Source: a phage. From it: a stretch of 64,000 bases of DNA. Position 1 is the stretch's first letter. Every line of letters starts with the position of its first letter. This document shows, in pieces, positions 33,535 through 44,041 of this stretch. The stretch lies in NCBI GenBank assembly GCA_024672275.1, contig GCA_024672275.1_4536.1; one strand, 5' to 3'. Made by a program: the position numbers and the translations under genes. The notes beneath the pieces are model-generated. The model did no database searches. It was not told the DNA's origin and saw nothing but the letters and a program-made list of their open reading frames with translations.

Positions 33535-34164
33535 ATGGCAGTGAGTGTTGACCATGTAACAACTTGGGCCAGTATCAATGAAGATGTTAAAAACCTTCTG
33601 ATTGAAGATTTTAAATCTTCTCCTAACATTGTCAAGCTCCTCTACATCGTATCCAGTGAAAAGCAAAAGATAGATCAGGCAATGATCTATCTTGCTAAAC
33701 ACCGCTTGATCTCTACAGCCACAGGCAAATACCTAGATATTCTAGGGGAAGAAATGGGGATCGAACGTAATGGCTCTGATGATGAAGAGTATAGAACAAT
33801 ATTAAAAATCAGGGCTTACCGCGTAGCCTCATCGGGGACTCGTGGTGACATAATTGATATCTTCGCCCGTTTCACAGGAACAGAGCGTGAAACGCTTAAT
33901 ACTTACGTAGGTTTGAATAAAACCTTTGATGTGTTTTTCTACAACCTGTGTCTTCAATCTGATCAAGCTTTAGAGCAGTTGCTAAGTGTTTTCCCTATTA
34001 TTAGTAGCTACCGTCTTGGAGCAAAAGCAGGATCAGCTTTTGGTTTTAGTTCTTATTATGCTACCAAACCGCCTCATGGTATTGGTGGTTTAGGTTCCCT
34101 GTACATGGAATCTACTGGGGATGAAACAGGACGCATGTGTACGCTTCTCAAGCAAATAGATTAA
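33535..34164 (+). CDS. baseplate/tail-fibre-associated protein (gpI position)
   Basis: 209 aa directly downstream of J-like gene. Confidence 0.4.
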   Translation: MAVSVDHVTTWASINEDVKNLLIEDFKSSPNIVKLLYIVSSEKQKIDQAMIYLAKHRLISTATGKYLDILGEEMGIERNGSDDEEYRTILKIRAYRVASSGTRGDIIDIFARFTGTERETLNTYVGLNKTFDVFFYNLCLQSDQALEQLLSVFPIISSYRLGAKAGSAFGFSSYYATKPPHGIGGLGSLYMESTGDETGRMCTLLKQID

Positions 34165-34173
34165 GGAGTTTAA

Positions 34174-35235
34174 ATGGCGAAGCCAATATATTATCCTGAC
34201 TGGGCTACACAAACTGTAACGCTCCCAGGAACTTTAAACACAAACAAAATTAGACCTAAAGAAACCATCCGCACAGTTGGTATGGATTATGGTCAAATCA
34301 TGACTTGCGAAGAAATGAACTGGATTCTTAATAATATCGGTTTATGGATTCGCTATTTGGTGGATGACTTTCTTCCAACTTTACCTAATACCTACTTGCC
34401 TTTAGTGGGAACTAAGATTACAATGGCAGGTGATGCTACTGGTGAGGCTACTTGGAACGGTAACAAAGAAGTTACTTTATCTATCCAAGTTCAAGATAAC
34501 AGTCATAATCACTTGTCGGCAAACATTACAGATGCTACTAGTTCAACAGTAACACCAAACGTGCTGGTAAAACGTGATGCGGGTGGTGCTATTTATGGTG
34601 GTGATGTTTATGTTAACGGTACTTCCACAACAGATCCTGCAACACTGTTCTTCAAAAACTTTGCAGGACAAACAAATGGTGAGATTTCTGCCGAATATCA
34701 AAGCGGAGGTCAGCTTTACATCTATCGCAGAAATCCTAGTACAGGTGGTGTATCGGCAGGTATTCGTTTATATGATGCGGGTTATGTTCTAATTGATAAT
34801 CCAAGATCTAACAGTGGACAAGACACTTCAAACGGAAATGCTTTAGTTCGCTTAGATTATCTGAACTCTCGTTTGACTTCCCTTCAGAACACATTGCAGA
34901 CGAATATTAACACTGTTCAAAACAACTTGAATAATGTTAACAACAACCTCTCTTCTCGTATAAACAATGTAGAAAGTAATCATCAAAGTCAGATTACAAA
35001 TAACTACAACTATGCTAACGGAACCTTTGTAAGAGATATTCGTTATACTAGCCAAGGTGTGTATTATCCACCAGGGAACGAGGTTTCTTGGACTTATATC
35101 TGTTCTTCTGGTTATGTTCTTTCTGGTATTATCGTACAGGAAACAGGACGTAGCTCTGCGGATAACATCGGTGGGGTTTACTTCAAACGCCTCCAGCGCA
35201 ACGTTAACGGAAACTGGTACGATATTGGAGGCTAA
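34174..35235 (+). CDS. tail fibre protein
   Basis: 353 aa; Asn-rich heptad-like repeats (NINTVQNNLNNVNNNLSSRINNVESNH); followed by a tail fibre assembly gene. Confidence 0.55.
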   Translation: MAKPIYYPDWATQTVTLPGTLNTNKIRPKETIRTVGMDYGQIMTCEEMNWILNNIGLWIRYLVDDFLPTLPNTYLPLVGTKITMAGDATGEATWNGNKEVTLSIQVQDNSHNHLSANITDATSSTVTPNVLVKRDAGGAIYGGDVYVNGTSTTDPATLFFKNFAGQTNGEISAEYQSGGQLYIYRRNPSTGGVSAGIRLYDAGYVLIDNPRSNSGQDTSNGNALVRLDYLNSRLTSLQNTLQTNINTVQNNLNNVNNNLSSRINNVESNHQSQITNNYNYANGTFVRDIRYTSQGVYYPPGNEVSWTYICSSGYVLSGIIVQETGRSSADNIGGVYFKRLQRNVNGNWYDIGG

Positions 35236-35781
35236 ATGATATTTACAAACTTTAAAAAATATATTCCTGAAGACCCTGAACTAAAAGAATTGGTAGAAGC
35301 AGAGAACATTCTTTTTCTTCGTTGCGACCAAGGTTACGATTGGTATGATTTACGTAGCACAGAATTCAATAACGATAAAATGAAAGTCGTTTTTGATGAT
35401 CAAAATCGTATTGTGTTTTGGAATACTGATCCTACACTACTTTGCCCTGAAGATCTTTCTATAGCACAAGTAGACTTTAATATAGATACTTTTGAGGATA
35501 TTAGGAACAAGGTTCTGGATTTAGAAACCTTAACTCTTAAGGATAAAGAGTATTCCCGTGAAGAGTTGATGACACAAGCTAGTGCAAAAATTCGCTCTTT
35601 ACAAGAAACAGCGGTAGCACTTATAACACCTTTACAGTATGCTAAAGATTTAGAAATGGCTACTGAAGACGAATTAGCTTATCTTAAAAATCTTCAAGTT
35701 TATGTAGTTAAACTAAATCGTGTTCCGCTTCAAAAAGACTATCCTTACGCTATAGATTGGCCTACATTACCGACAGAATAA
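35236..35781 (+). CDS. tail fibre assembly protein (Tfa-like chaperone)
   Basis: 181 aa; position after fibre gene; C-terminal ...DYPYAIDWPTLPTE typical of Tfa C-termini. Confidence 0.55.
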   Translation: MIFTNFKKYIPEDPELKELVEAENILFLRCDQGYDWYDLRSTEFNNDKMKVVFDDQNRIVFWNTDPTLLCPEDLSIAQVDFNIDTFEDIRNKVLDLETLTLKDKEYSREELMTQASAKIRSLQETAVALITPLQYAKDLEMATEDELAYLKNLQVYVVKLNRVPLQKDYPYAIDWPTLPTE

Positions 35782-35790
35782 GGGATCACT

Positions 35791-36126
35791 ATGGAATTTC
35801 AAGAAGCATGGGGACTTGCAAAGGATGCAATAATCCCTTTAATCGGAGTCATCTGGTTCTTTTTCAAACAAAAAATGGATAAATTCGGCTCTGATCTTGA
35901 GGAAATGGAGGAGAAAAGTCGAGAGCTAGAGAAGAAGTTGGTCTTTGTTGAATCAACTTATGCAACTAAAGCCGAACTTACCCAGATGCTAAATCAAATT
36001 AACTCTACATTAATGGCAAATAATAACACCCTTGAGCAAAAAATTGAAAAGATTATGGACCTCAAGAATGCGACTATCCAAATGATGCTAGATGACATAG
36101 TTAAACGTACACAGAATAAGGGGTAA
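35791..36126 (+). CDS. hypothetical membrane/coiled-coil protein
   Basis: 111 aa; N-terminal hydrophobic helix (IIPLIGVIWFFF) then coiled coil. Confidence 0.4.
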   Translation: MEFQEAWGLAKDAIIPLIGVIWFFFKQKMDKFGSDLEEMEEKSRELEKKLVFVESTYATKAELTQMLNQINSTLMANNNTLEQKIEKIMDLKNATIQMMLDDIVKRTQNKG

Positions 36127-36129
36127 TTA

Positions 36130-39100
36130 ATGGCAACATTCCCAACATATCCAGCAACGTCTCTCGAACAGGGCGTAGACCTGGTTATTTTCTCATCTAA
36201 CCAACTCCATGATGTTATTAATGGAAGTGCTACAGAGAGTATTGAAACAGAATCAGGGTTGATACCAACCCTGAGAAAAGCCCTTGTTGACAACTTTTTC
36301 TTTAAAAGCCCATTAGATTGGGCGCAAGGCACAAACGAAACAGTTTTTAACCAACTTCGTTATTTCCAGAATGGAGTATTGAGCGGTTATTACTATGCCC
36401 CTAACGCTACATTGGTTAACCCAATCCCTATGCAAGGGACTCCAGTAGGAGATAACAACTGGGTATTGTGGGGACTGAAGACAGAACAATTGGCAACAGA
36501 AGTCACCCCTTGGGTATATTCTGGTGCAACTGGTTATGAAACAGTAATCAGTCCTCCTTACATCTTTGATAGTGCTATTGTTACGATTAATGGTGTTATT
36601 CAGGTTCTGGGGGAAGCTTTCCGTATAGAAGATAGTAAGATCATCTTATCTGAACCTTTGGGACACGATCCTGCAACAGGACTGCCAAACAAACTTTTTG
36701 CTTATATTGGCAAAATCGTAGCTTCAGCAGATACAGATCCTAATCTAGAGAACCGTCTTGTTAGTTTAGAAACAAAAACGGAAGAACTAACAGAAAGCAT
36801 GGATAAAGTCCCTCTGCAAACTATTGCTCGTAAGTATGGTTTGTTAGATGATGAGGTGGCTTACGCAACAGCAGGTCAATCGTTAACAGGGATTAAAGCT
36901 CTGTATGATCCGGTAGCGCAGTCTTCCTACACATTACCTCCTAACATCACAGGCACTTTAACATCCTTGTCTGTTTCTGGAGTAATGACTTATTCTGGAG
37001 GATCTGTAGACCTTTCTGCACTGGCTGTTGAGCGTGGACAGTTTGTTCATTTGCCTACAAGCTTTGGTAATAATGTAACTCTGACAGCTAAAAATCAGAC
37101 GATTGGACGTGGCGCTGGTCGTTATCGTTGGGCTGGAAGTTTACCAAAAAGTATTTTGGCCTCCGATACATTGGAGACAAGCGGTGGATTAGGTCCAAAT
37201 GCATGGGTTCTGACCAATACAGAAGGACTGTTAACCCCTCGTGGTGGAACATACAACGATTTATTCGATGTTGTCTACTTGTCCGAATTTGCTAACAATA
37301 CAACTACCTATACCACACCAGAAGCAGCTTTCCAGGCGGCACTGTTAGCAGCAAAAGCTTCGAAAAGCAAGATTCTCGATGCTTACGGTTGCGATATGAC
37401 TTTCACGACAAGCTCTTTTGATATTCAAGATATCACTTTGCGTGGTGGTGTGTTCCGTGGTCAACGCGACTATCGTGTGCAGAATGCTACAGTAGAAGGC
37501 ACAACTTTCCGTAACTCTCGTGTTATGTATTGGGGTGGTGCTGTGCGCATGTTCGATTGTTTGTGGGACGGTGCTCCTCGCCCAGGTCAAGTTGGTAGCT
37601 TGGTATTCCAAGGCAACCCAATATCAGGTACTTTTGAAATTGATAACTGTACTTTTAAAAACGGGTTGTATGGCATCCTTCAACAAGGAACAGGGGAACC
37701 AGTAACACGTGGTGTCTTCCGTAACCTTACCTTCATGGACATGCAAGGTGATGCAATAGAACTGAACGTCATCAATAAACATTATGATGATGGTTGTGTG
37801 ATTGAGAATATTTACCTGTCTAATATCGATGGGACTAACGCTCCTATTCCTCTGTCCAACTGGGGTATCGGTATCGGTGTAGCTGGTAAAGGACCATATG
37901 GTTACGGAATCCCTGATGATCAATATTGCAAGAATATTACAATTCGTAACGTTTTTGCAAAACGTTGTCGTCAGATTGTCCACGTAGAAGTTGGTCGTAA
38001 TATCTCTATCGAAAACATTCATGGCGATCCAGACCAGACCGTATCTGTTGGGACAGGTTTGGCAACTGGCGCAGTTGTAATGTATGGAAGTAAAGATTTT
38101 ACGATTGACGGTGTTTACGGAGAGCCTAAAACAGACGGTAGCACACTTGCAAGTAATATCCGTATGATTTATTTGGAGTGGGGAACTAACGCAGTTCTGG
38201 ACGAAGAGGGTAATCCGGTAGTTCCGGCACAGGGTAGACCTTCAAACCCATGCTTTAACTATTCTGTTCGTAACATTCACACCAAAACTGGGCGTGTTTT
38301 TGCGGGAGTTTCCGCTGGGCCAGGTTATGAAAACAGAGTTAGCTTTGAAAATATTCGTTGCGCTGCATTGCAGTTGTTCGGTATAGCTTCTTGGCTTTCA
38401 ATGTCTAACATCACCTGTAATATCTTCGATTGTGTTGGTCAACCTGAATCTGGGCCAGGAACATTTTATGATGGATTCTTCCGTAGAGAAAAATCTGTTC
38501 TTGAAATGGTTAACGTAAACTGTTACCCAGATGGCAAGACGATGGTTACTGGTCGTCCACAGTGGAGCCGTTGCCGTTACTCGGATATTCATCGTGTCAA
38601 CTGTAATGTTGAAGCTAATATGTATACCAATATCGCAGGTGGTATTGGAGCTATTGTAGGGACAACGGGCAAAGTTTATTACTTAGAGCCTAACCCTAGT
38701 CGAAACATTGATGGAATGCATTTCCCAACAGGGAAAGAGTTTGACAAAGGTGATATGATAGTCAAGGCGGATAATACGTTCTTCCTTGTAACAACAAGTG
38801 GGGCATATATTCCAGATATCCCAGCTTTCGGTATTCGAGCTACACAGGCAGGAGATACATTCCTGACACAGAACTTGACTCCTAACGGGACAGCAACAAA
38901 TGCTTCTTGGTTGTATCATTACCCTCTGTCAGCAGGGACACGTATCCGTATTCCTGGTGCTGGTGTAGGTGGAGCAGATTTGGACACAGTTATTACTCGT
39001 GCACCTTATCAAGATAATGATACGTGGACTAACCCAGTTAAAATAGACATTGCAGATCCAATTGTAACGCCTACAAGTGCTGGAGTTAGAATTAAAACCA

Positions 39101-39183
39101 TACCTAATGATTCCAGTAATGTTTCTGTAGGTAATACTGCGGTTATTCGCCCAACGCCAGTAGTAGATGTGCCAACAACCTAA
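36130..39183 (+). CDS. tailspike protein with beta-helix-type repeats (putative depolymerase)
   Basis: 1017 aa; repeated N-x-[ST]-[IV]-x-N motifs (NCTFKNG, NITIRNVFAKRC, NISIENIHGD) typical of right-handed parallel beta-helix enzymes. Confidence 0.55.
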   Translation: MATFPTYPATSLEQGVDLVIFSSNQLHDVINGSATESIETESGLIPTLRKALVDNFFFKSPLDWAQGTNETVFNQLRYFQNGVLSGYYYAPNATLVNPIPMQGTPVGDNNWVLWGLKTEQLATEVTPWVYSGATGYETVISPPYIFDSAIVTINGVIQVLGEAFRIEDSKIILSEPLGHDPATGLPNKLFAYIGKIVASADTDPNLENRLVSLETKTEELTESMDKVPLQTIARKYGLLDDEVAYATAGQSLTGIKALYDPVAQSSYTLPPNITGTLTSLSVSGVMTYSGGSVDLSALAVERGQFVHLPTSFGNNVTLTAKNQTIGRGAGRYRWAGSLPKSILASDTLETSGGLGPNAWVLTNTEGLLTPRGGTYNDLFDVVYLSEFANNTTTYTTPEAAFQAALLAAKASKSKILDAYGCDMTFTTSSFDIQDITLRGGVFRGQRDYRVQNATVEGTTFRNSRVMYWGGAVRMFDCLWDGAPRPGQVGSLVFQGNPISGTFEIDNCTFKNGLYGILQQGTGEPVTRGVFRNLTFMDMQGDAIELNVINKHYDDGCVIENIYLSNIDGTNAPIPLSNWGIGIGVAGKGPYGYGIPDDQYCKNITIRNVFAKRCRQIVHVEVGRNISIENIHGDPDQTVSVGTGLATGAVVMYGSKDFTIDGVYGEPKTDGSTLASNIRMIYLEWGTNAVLDEEGNPVVPAQGRPSNPCFNYSVRNIHTKTGRVFAGVSAGPGYENRVSFENIRCAALQLFGIASWLSMSNITCNIFDCVGQPESGPGTFYDGFFRREKSVLEMVNVNCYPDGKTMVTGRPQWSRCRYSDIHRVNCNVEANMYTNIAGGIGAIVGTTGKVYYLEPNPSRNIDGMHFPTGKEFDKGDMIVKADNTFFLVTTSGAYIPDIPAFGIRATQAGDTFLTQNLTPNGTATNASWLYHYPLSAGTRIRIPGAGVGGADLDTVITRAPYQDNDTWTNPVKIDIADPIVTPTSAGVRIKTIPNDSSNVSVGNTAVIRPTPVVDVPTT

Positions 39184-39246
39184 TGGAATAGAGGGGGGAT
39201 TCCCCCCTCTTCTTCCAATAGAATGGTCTAATGATAGGAGAGATAA

Positions 39247-41271
39247 ATGAATTTAACAAGACCTAATAGTGCGATAGCCGATCTGGTAGAAGCTACTTAT
39301 CGAAAACGTCGCAGCTTTGAGGCAGGTTTTACATTACGTAATCCCCGTGAAGTTTTGCTGTTAGCAGCAGAAGGGAATTATTACCAATGGAAAGGAACTT
39401 TTCCTAAAGTAGTTCCAGCAAACTCTACGCCAGCCACCACAGGTGGTATTTCTTCCCTTGCATGGCAAAATGTTGGGACCGCTGATGATATAGCAATTAT
39501 CAATGCCAAGTTTACGGCAGTGCAGCAACAGATCGATGATCTGTCGGAAACAATACCTGAAGCTGGTAAATCAGCTTATCAGATCGCACTTGATAATGGT
39601 TTTGTTGGAACAGAAGCACAATGGCTTGCTTCTTTGAAAGGAGATACTGGTGCTCAACTTAATATTAAAGGATCATTAGCAAGCACTAGTGAGCTACCAT
39701 CTACAGGTAACGTTGCAGGGGACGGTTATATCGTAGGCGATGTAATCTATGCTTGGGATGGTTCTGTTTGGAAACTTATTTCTTCTCTTGGGCCAGAAGG
39801 GAAATCAGCTTATGAGGTATGGTTGGCAGATGGTAATACAGGATCTGTTTATGATTTTCTTACCTCTATAAAAGGTGATAAAGGTGATATTGGTCCTACA
39901 GGGCCACAGGGAGCACCTGGTGTTAACGCCAACGGTTTTGATTATCGTGGGGATTTGCCTTCTACAAGTAACTTACCACAACCTAACTCTGAAAACGTAA
40001 GCCAAGCTTATTCTATCAATGGTAATCTTTATGTCTCTAATGGGACAGCTTGGGTCAACATGGGTAATATTGTTGGTCCTCAAGGTCCACAAGGTGAGGC
40101 AGGTAAAGACGGTCTTGATGGAACAGATGGAGATGAAGGGAAATCTGCATATCAAAGTTGGCTGGATGCTGGTAATGAAGGGACAGAAGTAGATTTTATT
40201 GCCTCACTTAAAGGTCCAAAAGGAGACAAGGGTGATCAAGGAGAGCGAGGTCCACAAGGTGAACTAGGTCCACAAGGACCAGTGGGTGCAACAGGATCAG
40301 GCTTAGAGATTATCGGGGTTCTGAACAGTGAAGCTGAACTTCCTCCTACTGGAGAAGTAGGTGATGCATATAAAATTAATAATGATTTGTATGTTTGGAT
40401 TCAAGATGCTACGGAATGGATGAATGTTGGCAGTCTTGGAGGAACATCAATTACAGCTAAAGGTCATGTTCCGAACAGTGAAGCTCTCCCTGTTTATAAT
40501 AACTATGGTGATGCCTATTTAACTGAAGACACTAGTAATCTTTATATCTATACCTACGATCAAGACACCAATTCCGCATCTTTTGTTGACATGGGAAGTA
40601 TTAAAGGCGACAAAGGTGAAAAAGGGGATAAAGGCGATAAGGGTGATCCTGGAACAAACGGAACTAACGGTACTGATGGGACCAACGGTAAAGACGGCGC
40701 ACAGTGGTTTGTAGCAACAACTAATCCAGTCGCAGGTGATGGTGTTATCAATGATTACGCTTTCAACACTACCACTGGAGCAGTGTTTAAGAAAACAGAT
40801 TCTTCTACATGGACACTTATAGGAACTCTTCCTAGTATACCAGAAGCCCCTCAAGATGGCTTGACGTATGGTCGTTCTGATGGTAACTGGATTGAAATAT
40901 CAGGATCAGATCCTACGGAAGCTATAACACCAACTAAAGTTACAGCAGGTTTCATGGAACTTGAAACAACTACTGCCAACTCTGGAGCATCTTGGACCCC
41001 TTCTGGAACTTCCAATATGTATGTTGTTACAGTAACCGATGCTTTAACAGTTGGAGCATGGCCTGGTGTCACTGGCTCTACAAAGCCTAAAGCGTTTTCA
41101 GCAATGATTTATTTGATTCAAGATACAACGGGACACACGGTTACACTAGATGCGTCTTATGGAGCACTGAATGATACAGAAATAGCAACTACTGCTAACG
41201 CAGTAACAATTTTGCAATTAACGTATCCTGGTGTGGGTGATATCGTGGACATGGTTGTTGTAACACGATAA
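39247..41271 (+). CDS. tail fibre protein with collagen-like Gly-X-Y repeats
   Basis: 674 aa; GDKGDIGPTGPQGAPG, GPQGPQGEAGKDGLDGTDG, GPKGDKGDQGERGPQGELGPQGPVGATG, KGDKGEKGDKGDKGDPGTNGTNGTDGTNGKDG; three copies of GKSAY..WL..GN.G...DF..S[IL]KG module. Confidence 0.6.
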   Translation: MNLTRPNSAIADLVEATYRKRRSFEAGFTLRNPREVLLLAAEGNYYQWKGTFPKVVPANSTPATTGGISSLAWQNVGTADDIAIINAKFTAVQQQIDDLSETIPEAGKSAYQIALDNGFVGTEAQWLASLKGDTGAQLNIKGSLASTSELPSTGNVAGDGYIVGDVIYAWDGSVWKLISSLGPEGKSAYEVWLADGNTGSVYDFLTSIKGDKGDIGPTGPQGAPGVNANGFDYRGDLPSTSNLPQPNSENVSQAYSINGNLYVSNGTAWVNMGNIVGPQGPQGEAGKDGLDGTDGDEGKSAYQSWLDAGNEGTEVDFIASLKGPKGDKGDQGERGPQGELGPQGPVGATGSGLEIIGVLNSEAELPPTGEVGDAYKINNDLYVWIQDATEWMNVGSLGGTSITAKGHVPNSEALPVYNNYGDAYLTEDTSNLYIYTYDQDTNSASFVDMGSIKGDKGEKGDKGDKGDPGTNGTNGTDGTNGKDGAQWFVATTNPVAGDGVINDYAFNTTTGAVFKKTDSSTWTLIGTLPSIPEAPQDGLTYGRSDGNWIEISGSDPTEAITPTKVTAGFMELETTTANSGASWTPSGTSNMYVVTVTDALTVGAWPGVTGSTKPKAFSAMIYLIQDTTGHTVTLDASYGALNDTEIATTANAVTILQLTYPGVGDIVDMVVVTR

Positions 41272-41312
41272 CAGAAGCCCCGAAAGGGGCTTTCTTTTTA
41301 TGGAGGGTTTAA

Positions 41313-43985
41313 ATGTTTCCAATTCCAATATTTACTATTATGACCAGCACTGGTGTCGTTCCTCTGCCAGCGGGTATTGTTAAAAAAGTAATCACTTTAG
41401 ATTACCCAGATAATGCTGGTAATTCTAACAGCAGTTTAGCAATTTTGCTTAATGATGGTAGATTGTTTACTCAAGGCGCAAACCTCTTTGGTGAGATTGC
41501 AGATGGAACTCGTAGTGCACGATTCAATAATTTCCACTTAGCTTCTACTGTAGTAGCGGATGTGTTTACCGCAGATCGTTGTTTTGTTATTAAAACTAAT
41601 AGTGGGGGATGGCAATATTCAGGATTGACAGCAGGGTTGGTAGGATCTATAGCAGCAGGTGGTACGGATGCATGTGTAACTACTTGGACCAGCTTTCCAT
41701 CTGTAATAACAGGGACTATCTCTTTAGCCAATCTTAAAGAGGTTAAGGGAGGATATAACAACACTCTCTGGTTAATGAATAGTGGTGTTCTTTACGGATC
41801 TGGTCAAAACACAGTAGGCAGTTTAGGTGCAAGTACTACTAACGAAGTTTCTACTCCTCGTCAGATAACAAGTGCAGCAGTTGCTTTTGATGCAGGTTAC
41901 AACCAATGCTCTTATGTCAACAATGTGGGAACCTTGCGTGTTTGTGGAGCTAGTAAAGGTTTAGCAGGTAATAATAACACAACAACAGCTTTTGTCAATG
42001 CCAAGATATCCGCTACTGAAACAGTGTATGTCAAAGATTACATCAATACAGTTTCCCAGACAATAGTTGTAGGAGATACCTCCGGTGGCACGGGTACAGT
42101 AAACTACTTATATGTCAGGTCTAATACAGAAACAACCTACACTAAACTGGATACCTTTGCAGCAGGTTTCTCAACATGGAAATTTCCACCAAGCCGCCAC
42201 TCTTTTTTCGTTGGGATCAACAATTCCTTGTGGGCTATTGGTAAGAACTACACTGCAAACTTAGGTTTGGGGTATGATTCTGCGAGCGGAGATCCACTCC
42301 AAGTGGGAAAACCAGTTAAACCTGAAGGAGTGGGTTCTTGGGATATAAACAAGCTCACAAGCGTTCATACGCTGAATATGGATATTACTAACCAATTAGG
42401 TTATCAAGGAACCTTTTTCGTTTATAACGGGGATATGTATTATTCCGGTATTTGGAAAGATGGGAAAGCCTCGTATCTGTTCAACAGTGGTCTAAATTAT
42501 AATAAATTCACACCGATAGCAAGCTCTGTGATTACGGGTGATATTCTGGCAACTGGTTTAACTACAGATTCTTTAGGAATTTGTATTGTAGGTGGAACTA
42601 AACAGTTGACACATTCTGTTAGCCCAGAAGGAGGTAAACTTTTCAATATTAAATACACTTCTTCTGCCCCTGCAAACATGACAATATCATCCACTGGTTT
42701 AATGACTTTCCATGCAGAAGGTGGTTTTGATGCAGGTATGACAGCCTTAAACGCTGAAGGAACAACTTTATCAGATACCTCTGGAGGATATGCTTCAACA
42801 TTGAGTGTTTACACCCCTAGCTTATCTGCGATGGATGTAGGAACAACACAAACAATGGTAGCAGAAATAACGCCAACAGGAGCAGCAAGCTTACCTGGTA
42901 TGGTTGTTGAGTATACAACTACAGATCCTAATGTTGCTACAGTAGATCCTACAACTGGTGTAATAACTGGTGTTGGTGATGGTGGTTGTAGAATTGGTTG
43001 CACAGCTACGTATCAAGGTGTTGTTACCGCTTCTGATAGTTCTTATTTAACGGTGAACGCTGTTGCGGGAAAGGAGTTAGCTCCATCTCCGAGTAGTAGT
43101 TTAACGGTTCTAAACGGATATTTCAACCACTCGGCAGATGGGGCAATTACGTTCCCAATTTTATCGGGTACTGTCACACCAGCTAACTTTGTAGTTAAGG
43201 TGGATGACGTTGTAATACCTTCAAATAAAGTAATATTTAGAAATAAAGCTTTCTCTACAGTGGATAGTTATCCAGCAGGAGAATATAGACTGGCTATTGA
43301 ATTTGCAAGTGCTTCAGTAGTGAATAGTGTTGATGTGTCTATGGAAGCAAATCCAGATCTTTTAGAATTATGGGGCGGCAACAGAATTGGTTATTCTACA
43401 AGCCCAGCCTCACAATTCTTAAAAGGTTGTGCTAACTTAAGACGAATAACTTCTGATTGTTTTAGTAACACATCTTACACCGGAACATCTATAAGTGGTA
43501 TCTTCTCTGGCTGTACAAGTTTGACAGCTATCCCTGAAGGATTATTCAGTGATGCTTTATTTCCTTCAATGACAACAATGTCAAGCACGTTTGAAGGTTG
43601 TACATCTTTAACATCTATTCCTTCAGATTTATTTAAGAATCTATCAAAAGTTACAAGATATTCTTACACCTTTAAAGATTGCACCTCTCTTGCAGAAGTT
43701 CCAGCAGGAATGTTTGATAATATTCCAACAAAAGTGACCTCTTTAACAGCTACATTCCAAGGTTGTTTAGCACTTACAGATTTTAATAAAATCTTTAATG
43801 ACAACCCAGGGTTAACTGTTTGTGGTAAACGTGGAGCATTATCTTCTTTCTTTAGTGGATGCACAAATCTTACAGGAACAGGAACAACATTAACAAATAC
43901 ATTAGGTGGAGTAGCTAATAGTTACCTATTCAGGTATTGCACAAAACTTTCTGATTATAACAACATTCCTTCTGGTTATAAATAA
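41313..43985 (+). CDS. large tail fibre/adhesin-like protein with Ig-like (Big_2-type) domain and C-terminal BspA-type leucine-rich repeats
   Basis: 890 aa; Big_2-like segment (TMVAEITPTGAASLPGMVVEYTTTDPNVATVDPTTGVITGVGDGG); C-terminal repeats F.GCTSLT.IP..LF every 23-25 aa. Confidence 0.5.
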   Translation: MFPIPIFTIMTSTGVVPLPAGIVKKVITLDYPDNAGNSNSSLAILLNDGRLFTQGANLFGEIADGTRSARFNNFHLASTVVADVFTADRCFVIKTNSGGWQYSGLTAGLVGSIAAGGTDACVTTWTSFPSVITGTISLANLKEVKGGYNNTLWLMNSGVLYGSGQNTVGSLGASTTNEVSTPRQITSAAVAFDAGYNQCSYVNNVGTLRVCGASKGLAGNNNTTTAFVNAKISATETVYVKDYINTVSQTIVVGDTSGGTGTVNYLYVRSNTETTYTKLDTFAAGFSTWKFPPSRHSFFVGINNSLWAIGKNYTANLGLGYDSASGDPLQVGKPVKPEGVGSWDINKLTSVHTLNMDITNQLGYQGTFFVYNGDMYYSGIWKDGKASYLFNSGLNYNKFTPIASSVITGDILATGLTTDSLGICIVGGTKQLTHSVSPEGGKLFNIKYTSSAPANMTISSTGLMTFHAEGGFDAGMTALNAEGTTLSDTSGGYASTLSVYTPSLSAMDVGTTQTMVAEITPTGAASLPGMVVEYTTTDPNVATVDPTTGVITGVGDGGCRIGCTATYQGVVTASDSSYLTVNAVAGKELAPSPSSSLTVLNGYFNHSADGAITFPILSGTVTPANFVVKVDDVVIPSNKVIFRNKAFSTVDSYPAGEYRLAIEFASASVVNSVDVSMEANPDLLELWGGNRIGYSTSPASQFLKGCANLRRITSDCFSNTSYTGTSISGIFSGCTSLTAIPEGLFSDALFPSMTTMSSTFEGCTSLTSIPSDLFKNLSKVTRYSYTFKDCTSLAEVPAGMFDNIPTKVTSLTATFQGCLALTDFNKIFNDNPGLTVCGKRGALSSFFSGCTNLTGTGTTLTNTLGGVANSYLFRYCTKLSDYNNIPSGYK

Positions 43986-43986
43986 G

Positions 43987-44014
43987 AAAAGGAGCCATTC
44001 GGCTCCTTTCTTTT
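43987..44014. terminator. bidirectional terminator between convergent late (+) and replication (-) blocks
   Basis: aaaaggagcc-attc-ggctcctttt hairpin flanked by A-run upstream and T-run downstream. Confidence 0.7.
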
Positions 44015-44041
44015 ATAAAAACTCTTTATAAATCAATAAGA

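Noticed and set aside
37345-38022. Minus-strand ORFs (88 and 132 aa) inside the 1017-aa tailspike gene
   Set aside because: Antisense to a long uninterrupted gene with beta-helix repeats; no start signals.
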